Assembly: GCA_951406725.2 (NCBI GenBank)
Contig: OX597833.1
Location: forward strand, 56,606,001-56,670,000
Length of the DNA: 64,000 nt
DNA from: Octopus vulgaris
Taxonomy: Eukaryota
Direction: 5' to 3'
A program made the translations under genes and the position numbers. The notes beneath the pieces were generated by a model that saw only the letters and a program-made list of their open reading frames with translations, did not search any database and was not told the origin of the DNA. Below, in pieces: positions 38,989-53,176 of this stretch (positions are counted from its first letter, which is position 1; every line of letters begins with the position of its first letter).

Positions 38989-39406
38989 ACTCTCTCTCTT
39001 TTACTCTTTTACTTGTTTCAGTCATTTGACTGCAGCCATGCTGGAGCACCACCTTTAGTCGAGCAAATCGACCCCAGGACTTATTCTTTGTAAGCCCAGT
39101 ACTTATTCTATCATTCTCTTTTGCCGAACCGCTAAGTAATGGGGACATAAACACACCAGCATCGGTTGTCAAGCAATGCTAGGGGGACAAACACAGACAC
39201 ACAAACATACACACACACATATATATATATATATACATATATACGACAGGCTTCTTTCAGTTTCCGTCTACCAAATCCACTCACAAGGCTTTGGTCAACC
39301 CGAGGCTATAGTAGAAGACACTTGCCCAAGATGCCACACAGTGGGACTGAACTCAGAACCATGTGGTTGGTAAGCAAGCTACTTACCACACAGCCACTCC
39401 TGCGCC
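38989..39406 (-). mobile_element. SINE-A, full length
   Basis: Family match end to end. Confidence 0.92.
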
Positions 39407-40276
39407 TATACTATGCTCAAATGATTTGCAGTGCTGTTGACTCTTCAACAGAGTGAAATGGCTGCAACAGATAAAGCATAGAATTACATGCTGATTGGTT
39501 TTGTTTTGAAATCCTCTTTATATGTTTTGCTGTAATTTATAAGCTGGTCTCTTAATCCTGTGTCTCAATTTATCTAGCACTCATGGATAAGTACTAAGTT
39601 TTCTTTGAATACCACCTTCCAAAGAGAGAATTATCTATCTATTTAACTCTTTGTAACTGAGCTAAGCATTAGGAAAATGCTATTTAAAAACTGAACTTAA
39701 GCATATTTCTGGGTGATTCACCATCAACCAATTGTAATATACTTTTAGTAAATTCAATTTTGTTTGAGAATTGTACTTCTGAACTGGTTAAATTACTAAG
39801 AAGCAATATGTCCAACATTTGTATAACTTAGAAGATATTTTTTGACTTTATACTATAGGATATATATAAGATATGTTGTACTAAGGCTCTGTACTGTTAT
39901 GGTATCCAAACAAATATTATCTCAATGTTCTTCTTATATTTCTGCTCAAACAACTTCACCTTAGTATTTTATTTCACTTGAAAAGATTTAGTTTTTAAGT
40001 TTGAAGAGATAAAAACACATGAATATTATAAAATGTCTCTTTCTTTAGAATCTTTCTATAATTGAATGGAAAACTGCTTTGGCCAATAAAACAAAGAATA
40101 ATTAATCTCTCAAGAGAATACAAACTGAATATTAAATTATATCTCAGTTTATAGAAAAATAAATCTTTTCATGTAAGATTAACATTAAAAAAAAAAGACG
40201 TTAAAAGAATGCAAAAAAGAACTGTCACAGAAAATATTCTGTAGTAGCATTGTATTCAACCATATATATTAAAATG

Positions 40277-40498
40277 CTCTCTCTTTACTCTCTTTTACTC
40301 TTTTACTTGCTTCAGTCATTTGACTGCGGCCATGCTGGAGCACCGCCTTTAGTCGAGCAAATCGACAACAGGACTTATTCTTTGTAAGCCCAGTACTTAT
40401 TCTATCGGTCACTTTTGCCGAACCGCTAAGTGACGGCGACGTAAACACACCAGCATCGGTTGTCAAGCAATGCTAGGGGGACAAACACAGACACACAA

Positions 40499-40559
<61 letters not shown>

Positions 40560-40722
40560 CGATGGGCTTCTTTCAGTTTCTGTCTACCAAATCCACTCAC
40601 AAAGCTTTGGTTGGCCTGAGGCTATAGTAGAAGACACTTGCCCAAGGTGACACGCAGTGGGACTGAACTCGGAACCATGTGGTTGGTAAGCAGGCTACTT
40701 ACCACACAGCCACTCCTGCGCC
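40277..40722 (-). mobile_element. SINE-A, full length
   Basis: Family match end to end. Confidence 0.92.
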
Positions 40723-42014
40723 TATATGTTTTTTTTTTAACAATAGTAATTCTAGTTTAACTTGATAACAGAAGAATTTTTTTTTCTTTCTTTCCATACA
40801 TTCTGGGTGTAGTAAAAATAAGCTACAGTATGGAGAGGCACACGGGAAATGCTTTGGCTACTATAGATTATGAATTATTGCATTTCTAAATTGCCATAAA
40901 AATGGGAAAATTCCAGTCAGTGAAAGTAAATTGAAAGCTTTTATTCTGCCTTGTGATAAACAACTCGTCAAATGTAAAATAAACATGGAAGAATAATTTG
41001 CCAATTAGAGAAACTTAAGAATGCCGGAAAGGTTGCTGCAGATCACCGTATTTGTGTTGGTTCTGATAGAAGACATTGTGTTAGACTATGTAAAAATTTA
41101 ATTTCCTATTTAAGTCTCTGGTCTAAAATAGCTCTCATTAATGAATGTGAAAAGAAAAACAAACCATTAATACAAGAATCTTTTTTTCTTCCTTTCCACT
41201 AAAAAACAACAACATCAGACATTCCTGTGTCTTTTACTGATAAATGTTTTGAAAAGGTCACTAGCCGACAACCAGCCAATGTTTCTAAAGTGCAGAAACC
41301 TTTATATCAGCAAGATAATCATTACAGACGAGGAGAAGTCCATGTATTTTATGGCATTTACTTATTTCACTTTAACCCTACACTAAAGAAAAATGTTAGC
41401 TTTTATTTGACTCAATGTGTGTGCATGTGTTTGTGAGAGAGAAGGGGGAGAGGGGAGAGAGAGAGGTAGAAGAGAAAGTTAAAGAGAAAAGGAGAGAGGT
41501 AAAGAGAGAGACTGGACATTTTTAGATTCTGAGTAGGCTGGTTCCCAGGCAGAGCTAAGATGATATTCCTTTGATAACAGTTGGGTGTAGGCAAAACTAC
41601 AAAGCCATTCTTACCATATTCACAAAACAAAACAGCTATTGTTGTTGATGGCATTATTGTGCTAAGGTTATCAATGTTGCACTTTGTAGTAAGAAAAAGA
41701 TAAAGCTACAATAAAGATATTTAAGTCATTTAATAAGCTGAATTTGGTCAGGATAAAGTTAAAATGCTAATGGTGACTAACCGGCAAAGAATTGTCATTG
41801 AAAATAACAGGAGAAAAATATTCTTACTAAAAGTCACATTGTATCAAGTAATTCCTAATGTGTTAACAAACTTTCGCTCTTAACTCTTTAATATTTCTTC
41901 TTTCTTTTTATATATTTTCTTCTTCCTGTTAGTAGTTTGACTAGTTCTAAATTTTTAGATATTTGCAAATTAATTGTTGATGCCAAATGCCCTCCCACTG
42001 CTGGCCATAGATCT

Positions 42015-42203
42015 TTTTAGTTGTTTCAGTCATTGCACTGTGCCATACTGGGACACTAACTTGGAGGATAGTCAAACAAATTACCCCTGACACTTATTTT
42101 TTAAACCTTGGTACTTATTCTATCGGTTTCTGTTGCCAAACTGCTAAGTCACAAGGACAAAACAAACCAACACTAGTTGTCAAGTGTTGGTGGGGACAAA
42201 CAT

Positions 42204-42241
<38 letters not shown>

Positions 42242-42392
42242 GGTGGGCTTTCACACAGTTTCTGTTTACCAAATCTATTCACAAGTCATTGGTTGGCCTG
42301 GGGTTATAGTAAAGGTGTAGCACAGTGGGACTGAACCTGAATCCATGTGGTTGCAAAGTGAGCTTCTTAACCACACAAACCTTGCCTGCCCC
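42015..42392 (-). mobile_element. Older SINE-A
   Basis: Diverged full-length match. Confidence 0.8.
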
Positions 42393-42473
42393 TATGTATA
42401 AAATGAACTACAATGTTGGTAGTAGGGTTTGAATTCATCACTTTCTATTACTTTCTTAAATATAACTTCACAA

Positions 42474-42878
42474 GGCGCAGGAGTGGCTGTGTGGTAAGTA
42501 GCTTGCTAACCAACTACATGGTTCTGGGTTCAGTCCCACTGCGTGGCATCTTGGGCAAGTGTCTTCTGCTATAGCCCCGGGCCAACCAATGCCTTGTGAG
42601 TGGATTTGGTAGACGGAAACTGAAAGAAGCCTGTCGTATATATGTATGTGTGTGTGTGTGTGTGTGTGTTTGTGTCTGTGTTTGTCCCCCTAGCATTGCT
42701 TGACAACCGATGCTGGTGTGTTTACGTCCCCGTCACTTAGCGATTCGGCAAAAGAGACCGATAGAATAAGTACTGGGCTTACAAAGAATAAGTCCTGGGG
42801 TTGATTTGCTCGACTAAAGGTGGTGATCCAGCATGGCCGCAGTCAAATGACTGAAACAAGTAAAAGAGTAAAAGAGTA
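42474..42878 (+). mobile_element. SINE-A, full length (the only young plus-strand copy)
   Basis: GGCGCAGGAGTGGCTGTGTGG...GAAACAAGTAAAAGAGTAAAAGAGTA. Confidence 0.93.
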
Positions 42879-44170
42879 ATTAATTTACATACTAAAAAAT
42901 ATAAATATTTTTAATAAGACAATAAGACAAAGTGTAATTTGAGTCATACGGATAAATCTGTTATCCAATTTAACACCACCACTTGGGATTTTGGGTGCTT
43001 TTAACAGAGTCTGTTGTGTTACAATATTTCAACCAAAGTCTTCAGTTTCAGGTCTGAGAATGTTTTCCATAGCCAGACATGTTTTCACAGAGAAGCTCAG
43101 AAATGAACAACAACACTTGTATGATGGTGATGACAATATGTAACTCTGACATTGATGACATCATTGCCCACTCATTTTCTATGCAAAGGTTCTATGCAAA
43201 CACTTCCCAATGGTCTGCACCATAAACAGAGAATTTCAAAACATTATATAATCAAGACTTGACAACTTAATTCATTTAACAGCACCAATATAATATATTG
43301 GCTGAACATCTCCAATAAACGAAAGAAAAAAACACATCATTGTATTCCAAATATCATACAAGACAAATGCTTGGTACAACCGTTTGTGACAATTTGTTAT
43401 CAAGGCTTGCTTTTTGCCAAGACTGAGTCATACAATAATCTTTTATTCTTTTAACTTACACTATTGTATTTTTGCTTAAAAACCATTGAATTCTTTATTC
43501 TCTTTTCTCTTGTAATTCAATGCCCAGCTAAATTTGGTATTAAACACTTCACCCAACCTTTCATGCCTATATTTTCCCATTAGCCACTAACCTACAATTA
43601 TTCAAACTTACATTTCTGAGATATTTCATGTTGGTCTGAGGAGGAGGGATAATTTCATTTGCTTTTAAGCCTTCTGAAACAGGCATTTGCTTTCTTAATA
43701 ATAAATCTAATGAGCTGAACAATTTATGACCAAAAAAGAAAACTGCAACTATATATACACAACTAAGTTCCCTATGTCATTTCCACACTAGTTTCAATAA
43801 GTTAAAGGAATTTTTTTATATCCAAAAGACAAAAAAAATAAAGTTCTTTTTTTACCAAGGAAACAATTATAAGTATATTGTAAAGTTTCAAAGATGTATT
43901 ACATTTTCATTTCTTTTTAATCTACAGAAAATAGATTTTCAGCTGTTTGAGATGACAAGAAGTTGAACACTGTTGGTTGGTTGATATTCCATCACTTGTA
44001 CAATACAGTGTCTATAGACTGTGAAGTTACATCCTGTTGATCTGTGCTGGTATCTCAGCATCCTGGTATCTGTGCTGGTATCTCAGCAAAAGTTGGTAGC
44101 AGAAAAGATTTTACAGTATATGCAACATACTTTCGCTTTTGTTTTTAGATGAGAGATGCTGTCACAAGGG

Positions 44171-44265
<95 letters not shown>

Positions 44266-44294
44266 AGAGAGAGAGAAGAAAGAGAGAGAGAGAG
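44171..44294. repeat. (GA)n polypurine microsatellite
   Basis: Direct observation. Confidence 0.96.
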
Positions 44295-47160
44295 CCTCTC
44301 AACCCTTGTACTCATGATCCAGTGAAAGAGCAGAGACAAGGCAACTGGAAGAACCTGGTTTATTTGATGGTGACCTGTCATAGGGTATGTACAACTTTTT
44401 TATAGATCCAACAGTGTTATCACTTGGGTCATTGCCCTCTGTTGAATGCTGCTACTGTTGCTTGGTAACTACTTATTAGGCTTCAAATTGCATTATTTCA
44501 GTTAAACCCTGTATCTATTTAGAGGCCACTTCACTGTCCACAACTTGTGGACATCTTCTATAGCAGTACAGCTCTACAAACACTAGTTTCACTCTGTTCT
44601 AAACAGGTATGATGGACAGGTAAAATCCACTGCTCAGTGGAGTGAGTAAGCTGTATAATTAAGAAATATTTTCTCATTAGCATGCAGTACTGATGCAAAA
44701 TCTTTCTATGGATTTGAGTCATAAAATCATATATATCATAGCCCTGAGTAAACGAGTCTATGATCACCAAACCAACATAGATACAACTTACATAAAGGAA
44801 TCTACAAAATATAGATACATCTTCAATGAAGGAATCGCTAAGTAAATGTTAATTAGTGACTCACAATGTATTTATTATTTTGATAACTTCTCTCCATGGT
44901 TTAACAAACAATCCCCATCAACAACAGAAATGGGGTTAAGTATGCAACTGAATAATTGCTAAGGTAATACTTATTTATTGACAGGAAATATATTTGGGGT
45001 TGTTGTCATTGTTTAGTCTCAGATCAACCTCAATTGGGCAACCCTATGATCAAAGACATTCCAGGAATGATCACCCTGTCTTTTTAGGAATGTCTAATTT
45101 ATTGATTAGATAGAAATTATAGGCACTTATTCTAATAACCTTAGAGAGATGAAAGGCAAAATCAGCTCCAACAGGATTTGAACTCAGAATGTAAGTGAAT
45201 ATGAATGTAAGTGAAGATGTCGTTCATTATTGAAGACAATCTAAAGAGATAATTTGGCTGCTACTTCTAGCAGGGCCAAGGACCTTGTGGAGGTTCGCTA
45301 CTTTGAAATTGTTGTAATCTATGGGGAGGAACTAAATTTGGTCAAAACAGATGCCCAAAAGAAATTGTTGAAACCAAATGATGTAAACAGATTCAAGAGA
45401 TATAGCAGACTTTAAAAAGAATGGTCATTTTATAAGCTAGAAACATTTCCCCATCCATTAATGTAATCCAATGCTTGCTTTTGCTTGCCAAGAGATTCAG
45501 GTAACTCAAATAAATCAATCAAAATCTTATATTTACAAAGACAGCAGAGAAATTTGGTTTCAAATGTTCAAAAATGTAAGAACAAAATTTTTTTTTTCCT
45601 TTCTTTTATTTTTTGAATCATTTTATTCTTTGCTATTACCATAAAATATAACAATGTGTAGAAACCAAAGTTTATAACTCTTATAGGAAAATGCCATGTG
45701 TTGCTATGGAATAAATCAACTAAGATATCTCTTTCTTTTGGGTGGGACACCAGTGTGATAGCTTCAACTTAGAACTTCTAGCTAATAAACCACTGAAGTC
45801 AAAAGCAAATAGTGAGGTATCTACTTACATTATAAGGAAAATAAATATCTAATATTTCAGAAAGTGGCCTTATCTTTGTATTTTACGGAATTGAGTTTTA
45901 CAGGCACAGGCTGCCAAGTTCTCTAGAATTCAAGCAATTATTATTATAAATTACAGCAATGAAATCATTTAGCAGAAAACGGCATGAAGACTGTGTTAAA
46001 GATACAAGTGCCTGTGGAATATTCAACCACTTATTTATTCTTGTACTTTTAACACAATCATCAGGCAGATTGCGTTGAACAGATAATGATACCTTACATA
46101 GCTGGCTATTTAAAAACACATTACAAACAGGCAATTTTTTAAGAGACAATACCAATAATTATAGCTCATCAAAAGAGGTGCCATGTTATGAAATAGGATT
46201 TAGATTTCATTTTAAATGATATTTAACTAGTTCGTGACTAAATGGAGTTTCTACACAATTATCCATCCTACCAACCAAGTTCAGTTTTGGTGGTTTCTAT
46301 CCATTTCCTTTTTGTTTTCATCTGTCCACTTTTACAATCACGAAGTCACTTTAACTGAACAAAGAAGGATTAAAGACACTTAGAATGAAATTATTGAAAG
46401 TCTAAATGATATTGAACATGTTTTCCTAATTTATAACATCAATCAACTTTCGAAACAATAGACATTACAATGGATGAAAATTGTTTAACTTTACTAAATT
46501 GATAAGAAGCAGTTTTTAAGCATCTATTGACAATAACAATATTCTGAAACAAATAACATTCATTTAGAATTTAAATAATGTTTTAATTTAGCCATAAGAT
46601 TATGGAAGGGAAGGTTATGTGTCTTGATTAACACTTCAACTCAGGAACCTGGTATCTTATCACATAGGTCATTCTGTTTTACTTAAAATAAATGACCAAA
46701 AAATTTGGTATTTACAGTTATTTGAAATGATAAATTAATTTCGAAGTATCTCTGAATAACAGAAAAACCAAAGGAATATTTATTTTACTCAGACATTGAA
46801 AAGAAAAACAAATACTTGACTTGTTCTGAATTGATGCACCTTGGAGCAGGAACATATTAACAGCTTCTGTAGAGTGTTTTATGTACCACACTGAATGCCA
46901 ACAAAATATTTTCTTGCTACTTACAGCCAAGATGAACCAGCACATAGTACCAACTATTTACAACTAGGTGGACTGGACCATGAACATAGAGAACCCATAG
47001 TGATTGCATATGAAGCATTTACTGCTCAGTGGCTCAAAATCCTAATGATTTGGCTATCTATGTAATTTTACAGTAAAATACACCAAAGCAATTCCTAAAA
47101 TAATTTAAAGAACTACAATAGTTAAGTTAGTGTTATCATATTTAGTGTAAAGATCATTAA

Positions 47161-47382
47161 CCTTTTTGTTACTATACTCCTGTTGAGACGCTCTGTGTTT
47201 TACCTAATTAATTCTAACTATAACAAAATTTTTTTTTAAATAACTTAGTTATCATTAAGCGAGTGTTAGGAACATAAATTATAACTAAGGTTTGGTGGAA
47301 GATTTTAATTCAGATCTTTTGTAAACAAGACATTTGTTGTACAGAACCAGAGACAGTTTCAGGCGGGTTGGTATCAAAAGGG
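47161..47382. mobile_element. piggyBac-type MITE
   Basis: TTAA flanks; diverged copy of 29723-29942. Confidence 0.85.
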
Positions 47383-47953
47383 TTAAAAAGCACTGCCGTC
47401 ATTTTTAATATCCATTTTTCTATGTTTTCTTGGGTCAGATGAAGATTACTGAGGCAGATATTCAACAGCTGAATGCTCTTCCTGCTGCCACAACCCTAAC
47501 CTGTCCCCAAATAAGGTAATATTTCTCCATGGCCAGACATGTTTTTGCAGAATTATAAATAATTATATAATTATATATAAAAGAGAGCTTTTCCTTAATT
47601 ACTAATGTTTTTATTATATTGGTAAGTATGAGAGACTATTGCAGCCTTGTTTCAATCATACCAGACATTCTCAGTAAACCAGAGACTTCACAATACTTGC
47701 TGAATTAGTGATGAGAAAGTTAATAAGTAAATGTAAAACTAAAAACATTGAGGTAAATGAATGATTCAGACACCATCTGCATGAAAAACAGTAACTAAAT
47801 TGGTGCTAACATATCTAATTAGAATATTAAATAGAATATATTGCTCAGTGACAACACCTGCATTTTGCTGCAAGATCTAAACAATACTGAATTTATCATG
47901 CCATTCAGACAGCTAAACAGTGAAAATACACACCAATGATATATACTAATAGC

Positions 47954-48750
47954 TCTCTCTATATAAATGGCAGTTTGTCTGTCTGTGTGACTGTCAGGTT
48001 GTACCCTCACCCTGACCACGGCTTTCAACCGATTCTGATGAAACTTGACACACACATAGCCCAATGTCATAATTCAAAACTAACGCAGCGAAAATTTTGA
48101 AAAGTTCCCCCAGTTCTGAAAAAAATCAATAAATTCGACATGGGGTCGAGAATCTAAGCTTTTTATATGCAACACATTTTCTACAGACTGTCTAGGGGAC
48201 GCAACTCGACCTTTTTAACTCTCGGAACACGTGGGGTAAGTATCCCAAAATGTATAAAAATGTACAAAAACGGAAAAAAAGCGGGCAGCAATGTGAGTGA
48301 CAACAACGAAAAAGTCAAAAGTGACCAAACTGAACAAACGGATGGAAAAGGTTTTTTGGTGCACACAACAAAAGCGGTTTATAATAAACCAAGAGTTTGC
48401 AAGTAGCGTCCGAGGACCCTTAGGGTACGTCAAAAATTTAAGGTAAAATGTTTGGGGTGGTAGTTATAAAGAAAGTTTAAACAAAAAAAGTATTCGAATA
48501 ACTTGCGGCTGCAGCAGCTATTAGCAGAAGTGGCAGTGTTGGGGGTAAAGTCTCGAATGTAATTTCTTCCTGGTAGGAATTCGTTGGGTTGAATTATCTA
48601 TAGCTGTTTGATAGTTATTTGGGAGTGAAGAGAAGACATTGCAACCTACACATGTGCCTTCGTTCCCTAGAGGGAAAGGACTAGATTGGGATTAGTCGTT
48701 GCCTACTAGGGGCTCTTACATACCTGGGCAACGCCGGGCTATGCTGCTAG
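47954..48750 (+). mobile_element. Non-autonomous Helitron, family H2 (about 800 bp)
   Basis: TCTCTCTATATAAATGGCAG start; CCTGGGCAACGCCGGG hairpin then CTAG|T at 48747-48750. Confidence 0.8.
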
Positions 48751-48854
48751 TATATATATATAAAAGCTTAACTGTCACTTGAAAGTAGGTTAAGACCTAG
48801 TAACTTGTATCACACTTTAAATGTTTATACCTATGTAATCACAAGTAAACATAA

Positions 48855-49210
48855 ACATCAGGCCGATGCTAGCACCACCTAGACTGGCTTCTGTGCCGGT
48901 GGCATGTAAAAAGCACCATCCGAACGTGGCCGATGCCAGCGCCGTCCTGACTGACTTCTGGGCTGGTGTCATGTAAAAAGCACCAAACCGATTGTAGCCA
49001 TTGCCAGCCTCGCCTGGAACCTGTGCCGGTGGCACGTAAAAAGCCCCCACTACACTCCCAGAGTGGTTGGTGTTAGGAAGGGCATCCAGCTGTAGAAACA
49101 CTGCCAGATCAGACTGGACCCTGGTGCGGCCTACTGGCTTCCCAGATCCCCGGTCGAACCATCCAACCCATGCTAGCATGGAGAATGGATGTTAAACGAT
49201 GATGATGATC
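48855..49210 (+). mobile_element. SINE-B with internal tandem units
   Basis: Three ctgtgccggtggcacgtaaaaagc-like units, GGAAGGGCATCCAGC core, (GAT)n tail. Confidence 0.85.
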
Positions 49211-49428
49211 TTCTGAGCCCTCCCAGCCCCTTGGTCCAGCAGAATATTGAGGATGTGATAGCTGGAGGGAAAGAGGGCCACACCTGCCCTCAGTTGGTAT
49301 CCATTTTCAATCGAGTAGGCCGAAGCAACATAAACTGATTCCTTGCCCAAGTACATGACATGCCACAACCTTATAATTGTGTGCGTAACACTTTAACCAT
49401 TAAACTAAAGATGCATGCATATGCACAC

Positions 49429-49658
49429 AGGCGAGCCGGCAGAAACGTTAGCATGCTGGGCGAAATGCGTAGCCGTATTTTGTCTGCTGTTACGTTCTGA
49501 GTTCAAATTCCGCCAAAGTCGACTTTGCCTTTCATCCTTTCGGGATCGATAAATTAAGTATTTTTTTTCCATTTTTAATGCATTTTTTGGCTATAACTCT
49601 CTAAAAATGCTTATATAGTTATTTCCCTTACAAACCCGAGCAACGCCGGGCGATACTG

Positions 49659-49660
<2 letters not shown>
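49429..49660 (+). mobile_element. SINE-C head fused to a Helitron-like 3' end
   Basis: SINE-C sequence to 49560, then an AT-rich tract ending CCCGAGCAACGCCGGGCGATACTGCTA and running into (TA)n. Confidence 0.65.

Positions 49661-49736
<76 letters not shown>
49660..49736. repeat. (TA)n microsatellite
   Basis: Direct observation. Confidence 0.97.
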
Positions 49737-49740
<4 letters not shown>

Positions 49741-49974
49741 TAAGTGGACAACAGAATCAGTAGAGTATTGGACAAAATACCTCATGGTATTAGGTTATGT
49801 CCCTCTCCAGGGAGTTCAAATCCCACTCAGATTCACTTTGCCTTTTCTTTTTCTTGGATTGATAAAACAAATACTGGGGTTGATGTATTCAACTATAAGA
49901 CTAGAAGCTCATACCCTTGTTCGGCCACAGTCAAATGACTGAAATCAGTAATATAATAATATGTATGTGTATCT

Positions 49975-50190
49975 GAAGGCGGCGAGCTGGCAGAAGCATT
50001 AGCACACCGGGTGAAATGCTTAGTGGTATTTCATCTGTCTTTACGTTCTGAGTTCAAATTCCGCTGAGGTCGTCTTTGCCTTTCATCCTTTCAGGGGTGA
50101 TAAATTAAGCACCAGTTGCGTACTGGGGTCAATCTAATCGACCGGCCCTCTCCCCCAAAATTTCAGGCCTTGTGCTTAGAGTAGAAAATG
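49975..50190 (+). mobile_element. SINE-C variant with a different 3' tail
   Basis: Head and core match 28416; the tail ccctctcccccaaaatttcaggccttgtgc differs. Confidence 0.85.
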
Positions 50191-52956
50191 ATATATGTGT
50201 ATCTGCATATTAGTAGTAATTTCAATATCAGCTTCATTGGGAAACAAAAGAAAAAATGAACTTCCTTTAAATATTAAAATAAATCATTGATTTTTAGCAT
50301 ATATACTTGTTGCTTCACATGTAACCATTAAAAATATAGATATATATACCAAACTTCCCTTCTCTTCCCAACCAGACCAAACATTCTGCGAGCACAAAAT
50401 CAATGACATCTGGTAGGACTGTAGAGTTACTTAAAGCAACAACCAGTGGTAAATCAATTTTTATTTCTAAAATGTCTACAGTTCAGTTTTTCAAATCCTT
50501 ATGAAATTTCATCCTATTTCTGAAGCTACAAAGTATCTTTCTTTTTTCATGTTTCACTGTATTTTGAAAATTATCTTATTTATTTATTTATTTTTGTCCT
50601 GACATCTGCCCAATAATCAAGCGAGGACACACAACCAAGCTGCTTTAGACCATTATCTCTTCCTAATTATCACTCCATTGAAATATTGCTAGAATCTTGG
50701 GAAAGATAATCAATATGGAGTGCTTTCTACGTATTTTGTTGAATTAAATAGGGGGAAAAAAAAAAGAGCAATTATAGACAAAGCATGTGGAACTATAACA
50801 ATTAGACAAAAATAAAATATCAAGTTGATAACTGGACTTTAGCTATTGTTTTTGTGTTTTTTTGTTTTTTTTAACATAACACTAAATAAATTTTTTTAGA
50901 AATATATCGGTTTTTGAAATTATTTTAAATTGTATTATTTTAACTGAAATGGACACATTTAAATAGGAAATTATAATTTACAATTTAAAGAGGAAATGAA
51001 ATCTATTTCTATGTATGGTATATATAACTAATTGTTGCCGCCATTCCTTAATTTGTCTTTCATTCATTCAGTTGTTTTCTTTTCATTTTTCTCTTTCTTT
51101 TTTTATTTGTAATAGTAGAGTTATTATCCATTGCCGGGGGACAATTAGAAGGTTGATTTTTATTCAGAACACTGACTTGAAGAATCTAACATATAAGTGA
51201 GATGCTGTATTCTTTTAGTACAAAATATTTTGAAAACAGAATATCAATATTTCTACAGACTGGATGGTGGAATGTGTTTAGTTGATTCTAGTTCTTCCTT
51301 GGTTTTGAGAGGTGTCGCATCTGCAGTGATGTAATATGTTGCAACTAGAATAGGTTTCCCTTAAATGGAAGGAAACTGTATTTTCTCAATTGAGTCAATT
51401 TAATTGAAACAATAAGTGCCAATCACAGTAATTAGGTGAACAAAGAGCCAACAAGGAGCACTCTACATGATTTCTCAGCCTGCTAGAAACAGCAAACAAA
51501 CTTCCTTTCATTTTAACCAAACTATCTTACAAAAGGAAGAATATATTAGATAGTATAGTTCTCTATATATCTGCTTCCCATCATCTAAAAAAAATGGGAC
51601 TGTCATGGCTAGAATGTCTTTGAGCATTGTTCTGTCCAATCAGGGTTGAAATGAAGTTAAACAGTTGCAACCACCAGTAGAGCAATGAGTGTAAGGAAAG
51701 TAGGTAAAACATTTTTTTTCATCAAATCGAATGAGGATACAACCATATGGCTCACTAGATAAGTCTTGTTTCCTCTTCTAAAGAGCTGTAAGTCTATAGT
51801 TTATCAATGACTCTATAGTTTATCAATGTCTAAACAAAGTACAATCATTACTCTACCAACCTTACCTAGCATGAGAGCAACTAAGAACAAGGAGAGAATG
51901 ATTTAGTGGTTAATTTACAAGTAATTTATAAGCAATTCAGATTGAATCATCATCTTACACCAGCTTAAATGCAATGGGATAATTCTGATGTATAAGTTTA
52001 AACCCAAGGAAGTCTCTCATTCTTGATAACATAAATGACTAGAGTTGCAGCAAGCCAAGTCAATAAGGTACAAGACTTCAAGCCAAGAGGTCAAAGTTTT
52101 GTGTCTTGTCACTAGTACTGCTCTTTATCTATAGCGAATACAATGAATTCACACAAATTTAGGTCACTTAGATGTAAAACAAATTACAAGGTAGGTGCAG
52201 ATTTCACATATAAACAACGGGAGCATTGTAGGATTAATTTGTTTCGCTAGTTTGTAAAGCTGAGTTTGCTTGGAGAAGGCAACAGTAAACAACTTCACTT
52301 TTGAGAATCAGATCATAATTCCTAAGCTTCTTAGCTAACCTTGCTATCGGATCTGGTTTCTTGTTCCCGTTATATGCCAACATATAATGACAGATGCATG
52401 GCAATCTATCCCACACTCAACTTTCCTCGCACAACAAGTGAATATCTTATTCATCTATGAGAGACTCATTCATGATAACAATGAACCATCATCCTGCAGA
52501 AACGTAATATTTTAAGGCTTAAGTGGTTTTAAAGAAATTTTGTCAGACTTTTCTTTTTTTTCATAAGTTTGGATAGATCTTTAAGCAAGATTATTTGGAG
52601 ATTTATGTACAGAATATCAATAAATTCAAATAGTTATTTGTATTATTGCATATCATTTGCATAATATATCATCAACTTTTTACTATAGCTTTATCTTTAT
52701 TACATCTTCAATGCAAAGAATGAAAGGAAACCTAGTTAAAGTTAAGTATTCTATTCCACTCTCTATTTCTCCATCATTTATAGGTATATATTTCAATATT
52801 TTTTATGTTTCATTGGTACAGATATTAGTATCATACTAACCAGGCAAAACTTCACTAGTCTAAAAGACTTTCTTGGTGAAAAATCATTTCAATGTTATTA
52901 AATGTATCCAGCTTGGTGAGCAAATGTATCTCTGATCACACCACTATTTCATTTAA

Positions 52957-53176
52957 CCCTTTTGTTACTGTATTTATTTTGAGATGCTCTGGGTTTCTTT
53001 CAATTACTTTAAATATAACAACGAATTTAGCAAAATAACTTAGTTATCATTAAGCTAGTGTTATGAACATAAATTGTGACAAAGGTTTGGTGGAAGAATT
53101 TAATTCAAAACTTATGAGAAAAAGAAATTTGTATTCAGAGCCAGAGCTGGTTTCAGCTGGGTTGGTAACGAAAGGG
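52957..53176. mobile_element. piggyBac-type MITE (220 bp)
   Basis: TTAA flanks; TIR CCCTTTTGTTAC/GTAACGAAAGGG. Confidence 0.9.

Noticed and set aside
51866-51880. Minus-strand 15-nt microexon candidate
   Set aside because: Ends in TAG in the phase needed to continue the upstream exons; no other support.
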